Assembly (NCBI GenBank): GCA_009602735.1
Contig: WELA01001161.1
Span: 56,565-76,564 of the forward strand
DNA: 20,000 bases
Origin: Mesotaenium endlicherianum
Lineage: Eukaryota
Direction: 5' to 3'
Notes under the pieces: generated by a model
Seen by the model: the letters and a program-made list of their open reading frames with translations, nothing else
The model's database searches: none
What the model was told of the DNA's origin: nothing
Program-made: the position numbers and the translations under genes
In this document: in pieces, positions 1-7,405 of the stretch
Layout: every line of letters starts with the position of its first letter
How positions within the stretch are numbered: position 1 is the first letter of the stretch

Positions 1-1
1 A

Positions 2-574
2 GGACCTGCCTAGCACGAGATCATAAAAGCCAGTGTTGAGTACCTCAAATGTAAGCGTTTCAGTTAGAACTGCAATGCCAGAACCTAACTGGACCTCAAT
101 AGGCTTGGTTATAACTCCTCCCGGGATACTTGAGGCATCTCCAAGGAATATTTTTCTATTCCCTTGGGTGACAGTAGGCAGCCTTAGCCGCTTAACTAAG
201 TCCTTGTGAATAAAAGTATGTGACGCCCCTCCGTCAACAAATGCCCTCACCTTCCTACCTGCAATCATGCAATGCAGTAGGATAGGGGGGACTGTCTTTT
301 CCTGACTTTCGCATTGTTCTCCTGACGTAGCAAAGAAATGTTGGACATCAGGTGGAACAAGAGCATCCAGAGTGTGCACTCTCTGGACGTCTATATTACT
401 GATGGTCTCCTTTATCTGTTTGTCAGGCATGCATAGTGAATCCAGTTCAGCAGGACCCATAATACCTGCTACGAGGGCAGCTAGTGACGACTCACTATCT
501 CTAGCATCCTCACAGTCAGTAGACTGGATTACTGACTGTTGCTGTCTTTTAAAGGCTGGTCTTTTCTCTCGACC
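2..574 (-). CDS. pol: Pol N-terminus, retropepsin-type aspartic protease (partial; no own start needed, reached by -1 frameshift from gag)
   Basis: Manual translation gives an open frame from 574 to the window edge: ...PPILLHCMIAGRKVRAFVDGGASHTFIHKDLVKRLRL...FEVLNTGFYDLVLGRS. Catalytic-type motif VDGGAS (DGG at 227-235) and C-terminal YDLVLG motif. Not in the supplied ORF track. Confidence 0.88.
512..553 (-). promoter_or_regulatory. Programmed -1 ribosomal frameshift signal (slippery heptamer plus stem-loop)
   Basis: Minus strand: T TTA AAA heptamer (547-553) in gag phase, 7-nt spacer GACAGCA, perfect 10-bp stem ACAGTCAGTA/TACTGACTGT with 8-nt loop (512-539). The pol frame opens just upstream (stop at 575-577). 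Confidence 0.85.
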
Positions 575-2007
575 TTAGGCAGGTGCTTGACCGGACACTG
601 TTCTCTGTAGTGGCCTTTCTGCTGACAATGGTAGCAAGTAGATTTTGCTGAGGCTGGTCTCGGCTTAGTCCTACCACCACCCCTTCCATAGCCACCTCGA
701 GAGGGACCACCTCTACCTCTAGACTGAATAGCATTGTACTCATACTCATATTCATCACCCTGATTATCCTCAGCCTGGTCTCCTTCAACTGCATTGTAGG
801 AACCGTGGGGCTTTTTGACAATCTTAGACACCAAAGCGTTACTCTGGCGCTTGTGATTGAACTGCTGCTGATCCCAGGCGTCAGCATCCTGGATCAAGTC
901 AGCCAGTTTCTCATACTTTTTCTCAGCAAAATGACCAGAGACCTCGGATTTCAAGCCATACCTGAAGTATGCTATCCTATACCGTTCTGGCAAATCAGGC
1001 TGCTTCATCATGTTCTCTTGGAACTTTTGAGCAAACTCAGCAACTGAAGTGGTCTGCTTCAGTGTCAGGGAGATCATCGCATAGATAGCTTTCTCCTGCT
1101 GGTTGATGACATCAAACTTCTCATGCAACTTCTCGACAAACTCTACCCACGTAGGGTCACCGAGTTGCCGAGCCTTACGCTCTTCCTTCCAGTAAAGCCA
1201 CCAGTCTGCGGCACTGCCTTTCAGTAGCGCACCGGTGTGCCTGACCTTCTCGTAATCTTGCAGTTCTGGGTAGTTCTCCAGCCACTGCTCAACATCCGCG
1301 AGAAACTTGATCAGGTAATATTTTCTGTTTCCCTCAGGATCATAGTCCTGGGGAGGTTTCGGCTTGGGCTTACTAGGCCCTCGGCCACCACCACTAGTGG
1401 TGTGAGACCCCAGTTGGTCTCTGTCCCGGAGTAGGGACATTATGATTCTTTTGTCCTCCTGCTGGGACTGATACATGGTCGCCATTTGCGACTGCATCTG
1501 AACGAACAATGCTCCCAAGTCTACATTTTGGGGTGGTAGATTAGCAAATGCAGCAGCAGCATTGGCATCTACTCGCTGAGTAGTGTCCTCAACAATCCCT
1601 CTTGCTCCTGCAGCAGCAATTCCTGCCGCATTCAGCCGGTCACGTATTTGACCTAGGGGTACATTGAGTTGTACGGCAGGAGGTGGGTTCAGAACATTGG
1701 CCCTTGATGCCATAAGTTCTTCAACAGTGCGCTCGTCAGCTGGCTGTCCTTCCCTCCTTTGTATATCTTCAGCGGCCTTTGCTACTTGTTCAGCTTCTAG
1801 TCTGGCTATCTCCTCCTCAGCTTGCTGAGCTGCGACTGAGGCAATAGCAGCTGCCTCATCTGCAGCCTCCCTAGCTGCAGTATCCGCTACTGCTTCCGAA
1901 TAGGTACGGTTTCCCGCTACATGGCTTTCCGCCTGGTTTTCGACATTCTCGTTATCCTGGTTCTCCATGTCTCGGGAGTTGCTAGTTTGAGACCTTGTCC
2001 TTACCAT
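529..2007 (-). CDS. gag: Gag of element A (retrotransposon gag domain plus one CCHC zinc knuckle)
   Basis: 492-aa intact ORF; starts MVRTRS; capsid-like LLKGSAADWW...TWVEFVEKLHEKF...LKQTTSVAEFAQKF...YFRYGLK; RGG-rich stretch; CYHCQQKGHYREQC knuckle. Confidence 0.93.
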   Translation of the reverse strand: MVRTRSQTSNSRDMENQDNENVENQAESHVAGNRTYSEAVADTAAREAADEAAAIASVAAQQAEEEIARLEAEQVAKAAEDIQRREGQPADERTVEELMASRANVLNPPPAVQLNVPLGQIRDRLNAAGIAAAGARGIVEDTTQRVDANAAAAFANLPPQNVDLGALFVQMQSQMATMYQSQQEDKRIIMSLLRDRDQLGSHTTSGGGRGPSKPKPKPPQDYDPEGNRKYYLIKFLADVEQWLENYPELQDYEKVRHTGALLKGSAADWWLYWKEERKARQLGDPTWVEFVEKLHEKFDVINQQEKAIYAMISLTLKQTTSVAEFAQKFQENMMKQPDLPERYRIAYFRYGLKSEVSGHFAEKKYEKLADLIQDADAWDQQQFNHKRQSNALVSKIVKKPHGSYNAVEGDQAEDNQGDEYEYEYNAIQSRGRGGPSRGGYGRGGGRTKPRPASAKSTCYHCQQKGHYREQCPVKHLPKVERKDQPLKDSNSQ

Positions 2008-2028
2008 ACAAAGAAGACTGTGGTAACT

Positions 2029-2040
2029 GCTCCGATACCA
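2029..2040 (-). promoter_or_regulatory. Primer binding site, tRNA-iMet type
   Basis: Minus-strand TGGTATCGGAGC, 11/12 match to the plant consensus TGGTATCAGAGC; 2 nt from the inferred LTR end and ~20 nt upstream of the gag ATG. Confidence 0.85.
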
Positions 2041-2042
2041 CT

Positions 2043-2777
2043 CGACTTACCAAATAGGCGATTAACAATTAATAAAGATCTTTATATCAGCAAGTAATCT
2101 TTATGGTATTTCCGTTAACTGGTTAAACGGCAAAGGACAATACACTAGCAGGGAATAATACTCGTAAGTCAAATGCGAGTAAACTAGCATCAATAATGCA
2201 AATCAGTAAACTCATACATAAGCAAGGTTAGAAGACAGTGCGTATCAATGGCTTCTCGCCTTGGATTCAGATCTCTCTCAGTAAGCTGTACAAGAGAGTT
2301 GGCCTCGTTTCCGAATGCCGAACTCGAGAGCAATGCCTAGCATATGTACATGGAATGAGTTTACGGTTCAACGGTCAGTGCGATGGCACCGCCTACCCGG
2401 GAGTTAACCACGTTGGTAGGACCTCGGTTAACCAAATCCACCGCCATCTCCCATCATCCCGAATAGCCATCCATCACGGGGATGTCATCTGGCCATTCAT
2501 CTAGCAGGTGGTACTTAGATGCATATCAAGGCAGTTCGCTGCTACCGAGCACGGAAGTCAGCTGGCTGTCAAAGAATGTGTCAGCAAGCTGACTTAAGTT
2601 GACTTCAGCCTGTTGCTTTTGGCCGAGTCATTAAACTGATAATTATATAAAGTCCAGCAGACTGATTATTAACTAAAGTTCAGCAGACTGACTACTAACT
2701 AAAGTTCAGCAGGCTGAACTAAATTAACTATTATATTTAAATGAATATTATGTCTACTAATATACTGATTCATTACA
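2043..2777 (-). repeat. 5' LTR of element A (~735 bp)
   Basis: Non-coding segment between the PBS and the insertion junction. Begins TG(TAATG) on the minus strand; ends ...GTAAGTCG (CG rather than canonical CA). The partner LTR is outside the window, so the limits are inferred. Confidence 0.75.
2649..2720. repeat. 26-bp tandem repeat (~2.8 copies) inside LTR A
   Basis: AAAGTCCAGCAGACTGATTATTAACT (2649-2674), AAAGTTCAGCAGACTGACTACTAACT (2675-2700), AAAGTTCAGCAGGCTGAACT (2701-2720). Confidence 0.9.
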
Positions 2778-4189
2778 CTGGACGATGGTGCACGTCAAAG
2801 GTGTACTCCTGCAAGATGAGCGCCCACCGTGCGTACTTGCCTGTCAAGCGCTCCGACGTCATGAGCCACTTGAGTGGCTGATGGTCGGTGACCAAGCAGA
2901 AGTGGGTGCCGTAGAGATAGTGCCTGAAATGCACAATCGCCCATACTGCTGCCAGGCACTCCCCCTCATAGGAGCCGTAGTTGCCCTTGGCACGGTTGTT
3001 GCTGCGGCTGGCGTACGCCACCACATGCTCGAAGCCGTCATGCTCCTGCACCAGCACAGCTCCAAGCCCTGCCTGCAACCAGTCGGTGTGGAGGATGAAG
3101 AGCTTCTGATAGTCAGGCCGCCGTAGTACTGGGGCGCTCACCAACAGCTCCTTGAGCTTGTCAAACGCTGCCTGCTGCTCTGGTCCCCATACGTAGGCAA
3201 CGCCCTTGCGTAGCAAGTCGTTGAGCGGCTTGGCCAGCTCGCTGAACCCAGGCACAAAGCGGCGATAGCAGTTGGCGATGCCAAGGAAGGCCCTCAACTG
3301 TGAGAGGTCGATCGGCGGCGGGATGCCTGTGATGGCCGAGATCTTGGCCAGCTGAGGAGCCAAACCACTGGAAGACAGAAGATGCCCGAGGTACTCCACC
3401 TTCCGGGTCCCAAAGGTGCACTTGCCTGGATGACTCTTGAGCCCAACGGCCTCCAAGCGGTCCAGAATTGTGGTGATATGCGCCACGTGCTCCTCAAACG
3501 TCTCACTAAAGACGAGTACGTCATTGATGTAGCACCGGGCAAAGGAGAGCCCTGCCAGCTCCTTATCCATGACTCCTTGGAAGGTGGCAGGAGCGTTCTT
3601 CAAGCCGAAGGGCATAACCCTCCACTCGTAGAGACGCTGCGATCCCCAAAAAGCCGTCTTATGCTGGTCCTCCTCCGCAATGGGTATCTGGTTGAAGCCC
3701 TGCCTCAAATCCAGCATCGAGAACCAAAGTACAAGCGCCGATGTCGTCGAAGATCTCGTCAGGGGTCGCCATAGGGTATCTGTCCTACTCAGTGACCTCG
3801 TTAAGATTACGATAGTCACCGCACATCCTCTTCTCAGACCAGTTGCCTGAGGCGTCCTTCTTAGCTGGCATGACTGTGGGCGCAGCGTAGGTGGAGGTAG
3901 ACTCACGAATGAGCTGACCCTCCTCTAGCTTGCCTGTCTGCGTGCTGATCAGGTTGTCCTCAAAGCGGCTGTAACGATAGCGCTTCTGGAAGATGGGCAC
4001 GTCTGTCTGGAGGGGTATCCTCATAGGGTTGCCTGTGTAGCGCCCAAGATCGTGCATGCCGCTGGCAAAGCTGGCACTGCGCCGTGCATCCAGCAACACC
4101 GTGAGCTGAGCAGCCTGTGCCCCAGTGAGAGTCCCCCCCAGCTTCCAAGTAGGGACAGCTGGTGGTGGCTCCTGCGCTACGGCTGGCAC
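2778..4189 (-). pseudogene. pol: Reverse transcriptase and RNase H of element B, disrupted
   Basis: Joining ORFs 3785-4189 and 2773-3906 gives YAAPTVMPAKKD...KRMCGDYRNLN, *DRYPM, LDLRQGFNQI, KTAFW, MPFGLKNAPATFQ, YIND (for YIDD, 3520-3531), YLGH, LRAFLG, LHTDW, VAYASR, EGECLAAVWAI, LVTDHQPL. In-frame TAG at 3785-3787, 1-bp frameshift near 3726-3728, truncated at 2778. Confidence 0.93.
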
Positions 4190-4589
4190 CTCCTGCCCTG
4201 CTGCTGGGGTGATTTATGGGGCCGCAGGCGTCACCTGTCCTGCAGCTGGCTGCACTCGGCCTGCCTCGAGTGCCCTCTCCTCGGCAGCTGCTGCCATCTG
4301 CCCTGCACCACCTGTAGGCGGCGGAGAGCGTGGAAAAAGAAACGGGGAACGAAACTCCCTGGGTCGCTGTGAGGACTCCTGTCTCCTCCTGCCCCCCCCC
4401 AACGAACCATAAAAACAAGGACCTGGACGAGGCGCAGGCGGCTGCTGGGAAGCTGGACCCTCGCGCTGGGAATGCCAGGTCGTACCAGGCGGGGCGCGGT
4501 CGTCGCCGTCGGAATCTCGATCCATGGCGTCATAGAACTGGTCCATCTCAGGATGACGAGCCTGGGCGTAAAGGGGAGTCAGGGCCTGT

Positions 4590-5545
4590 GTTTGCAGGAG
4601 AAGCCACGTCAAAACGTTGGCATCGATAGCCTGGCAAAGGAGACGCACGCGGTTGACCTCGGTGATGCCGTCCACCTGTGTGAGGTGCGGAGGGAAGCCC
4701 ATCGCACGCTCCATCTCCACGGCACGGGGTCGCTGGAACATGCCAGTCTTGAGGTCAATGATCATGCCGCGCTGGTCGCCCACGTAGGCCGCGCTGTCGT
4801 AGCGACTCACGAACGTAGGAAGCGCCCGCGTGACGTCGTGGATGACCTCACACTGGGCCTGAGAAGAATGCGGAAGGGCGACCACACGCTGGGCCAAGCG
4901 CGCCACGTCGAGGATGGAGTCAATGTTGCGCGTGTGGCGTGGATGTGCGGCCGCTAATGCCTCAAGCGTGCCTGGCATGGCCAGGTTGGTGAAGTAGGCG
5001 CGCACACGATGCGCGAAGGAACCAATCTGGGCAGCGTTGATGACTGCCTCACGATCGACGTAGCTGTTGCAGGGGGAAAAGTCTGCGCTGACGTTGGGCC
5101 AATAATTGTGGCGGACAGCCACGTTCTCCAACACCCAGGCGAGCGTGTGCGGAGGCTGGCGGTCCTCAACCATGTTGAGGACGCGGAGCAAGTGCCAGTA
5201 CAAGGCCGTACGCAGGTCACCGAGCGCGCTGCCCTGTCCCGCAATGGAGAAGCCCTGGCACTCCCAGCCAGCAATGATGAGGTCAATGGGCCCGAGGCGC
5301 GTGATGTGCTCGGCGGTAATGTCGCGTATGTCCATGGGCCAGTTAGTCTGGGCGTGGTAGAAGGCATGCTCAGGGAAGAGGTCGGGGAAGCGCTCGTGGC
5401 ATAAGGCCATCTGCCTGCGGGCGACCTGCTGCGCCTCGCCATTGGGGTCCACGTAGACGTACCGACGTACGGGGATGCCAGCCTGCAGGGTGGCCAACAA
5501 CCCTATCGCAATGCCGGCGAAGAGCTCGACGAGGACAATGCCGTC
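4590..5545 (-). CDS. C5 DNA cytosine methyltransferase domain within the polyprotein of element B (part of ORF 4214-6124)
   Basis: Motifs in canonical order: I LVELFAGIA (FAG 5513-5521), II YVYVD, III DI, IV DLIIAGWECQGFSIAG (5258-5269), V DLRTALY, VI WVLENV (5120-5128), VIII AHRVRAYF (5000-5011), IX RAVEMERAMGFP, X-like RLLCQAID. Same frame as the downstream RT N-terminus, separated by one TAA at 4214-4216. Confidence 0.9.
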
Positions 5546-6124
5546 GGGACGTTTGTCGAGCTGTGCGGTGTAGATAGGCATAGGAAGGGGGCGACAGCCC
5601 AGGGCGGGGTTACCGGCCTGCGCTGGCGGTGGATAGGAGCGCAGCAGACTGTGCTGATGGGGCGCCATGCGGAGGGCCGCCACTGCGAGCTTTGCGTAGT
5701 GGCGAGTAAGTCGAGGAATGCGCTCGAGCAGCGGCTGCGGACGAGCCGTGCGAGAATGTGCCTGATAAGTGCGCCAGCGCGCACGCGCGTCCTGCGAGGC
5801 CTCCTCGGGCACTGGGCGGGCCAAAGCCTTCGCGTCGCGGACGCACTGCTGCTGCCACCGGTCCCTCGTCCTGTAGTCTGCGTGATGTGAAGCGGCGTGG
5901 GCCAGCTGCTCTGTGGCGGTGCGCTGGGGCAGCTGGGAATGCTGATCAAAGTACGAACGCTGACGCTCGCGAAGATCCGCCTGAAGGGGCACTGTGCAGA
6001 CGGAGCGCTCGTCCCAATGTGCTGCCTGTTGAGGACGGACGAGCTGACGTGGGGCAAGTTGGACTCGCGGGCACAGCGACGAAAGAGATGCGAGTCGGAC
6101 GCGCTCCCGCTGGCTCCGCTGCAT

Positions 6125-7405
6125 GGGCCCTGCGCGTGTTGCGTGCGAACGAGGATGACGGTCGCGGAGGCGCGCAGCGGTGCGGGCCGCCTTATGAGGA
6201 GGTGACCCAGACGGCCCGTTGCCGGCTATGTGACTGCGCGGGACGTTGGTAGGCTAGCCAGGCGGCGTCTGGTATAATGCGTGAGCTGCAGTGGTGGAGG
6301 AAGACTGTGCGTCATACTAGCGGGTGCGGAGATCGCGCGGACCGTCATACGGTGGTGTGACTGAGCGCGGGCGCGTCTCGCGCAAAGGAGTGACCTCTCT
6401 CTCCTCGCAAAGAGGAGGGGCCTCCCGTGCGTCCCTGGGAGTGTCGTGCAGAGGCGTGACCTCGCGGGCAGCCCTGGTATGCTCGCGGATCGAAGTGACC
6501 TCGCGTGCGCGCCGGTCTAGTGGCAAAGTGCGGCGTGCGAAGCGTAGACCTGGCCCGGCGTAGGGGGAAGGACCTGTACGCCGAGGACCGAGGATGCTGG
6601 TCCTGGCCACTGTCTGCTGCGCACGTTTGGCTCGCGGGTCGATGGCGGAGGCGCGACCTGGCCAGCCTGTGCTCAGGCTGTTGCCAGCGAACAAGTGCGT
6701 GACGTCACGGCACTCGTTGCTGGTCAAACAGTCGTGCTGTATCGGACGACTAGGCCCGCCGGCGCATGGATGGGCTCGACGGGGATGGGCCGTGGTCTTG
6801 TGAGAGAGAGAACTGAAGCCGGGAGGCCCTGTAGGCTGGCGTCGGACGCGAGCTATAGGCGTGAGCGGCGATGGCTCTGCTGACGGCTGGGCTGCGGGCT
6901 CCTCTGCGGCCTCCTGGGACCACTCCTGCCACTCCTCCTCCTCGCTGCTCAATGACGCGTCGTTGGACCTGCCTGGGAACGCTGCCTGCCTCATGGCCTC
7001 ATCCTCAGACGTGGTAGTGCGTGGCCACGAGTCGCCTGTCCTGTGCGACGGTGCGGGTGAGGGCAATTGGGATGCCATGCGGTACTGGATGGCGACCCCT
7101 ACAGGCACTTCATGCCGTACGCGGACGTGTGATCTTGAGGAGGGTCCGCTCGCCAGCCGCGCACGCGTCAGGTGCGACGGCTGCTGGCGCGGCTGCCAGG
7201 ACTGGCGCAGGTGTGGTTGCTGGGGAGCTGCCAAGTGGCGCCTCCCAATCGCTCCTGGGGTTGCGGGAGCTGGTGTCCGGTCCAACATCCATGTCGGTGT
7301 TGGCTGCCTTGGACGCCGCTCGCGACGCCCTCCCCCCGATGCGTGCGTACGCCGAAGCCCCCGTAGCGCGAATTGCGTCAGCGCGAGGGTTTTGTGCGCA
7401 GCCAA
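6125..7405 (-). pseudogene. Low-complexity Pro/Arg/Ala-rich polyprotein linker of element B with short internal repeats
   Basis: ORF 6317-7405 is in frame with ORF 4214-6124, separated by two TAG codons (6317-6319, 6254-6256). Contains repeated AREVT(P/S)-type units (~6340-6510) and an acidic SSEEEEWQEW patch. Confidence 0.6.

Larger units (their letters stand above)
1..2777 (-). mobile_element. Ty3/Gypsy LTR retrotransposon A, 5' part (LTR, PBS, gag, start of pol); continues beyond the left edge
   Basis: Minus-strand order: LTR starting TGTAATG at 2777, PBS TGGTATCGGAGC (2029-2040), gag with CCHC knuckle, then a retropepsin in the -1 frame. Its boundary truncates the RNase H ORF of element B. 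Confidence 0.92.

Noticed and set aside
4214..6124. Bacterial restriction-modification system or contaminating prokaryotic DNA
   Set aside because: The MTase is in frame with Ty3/Gypsy RT, inside LTR-bounded sequence beside spliced plant genes, and no endonuclease is visible.
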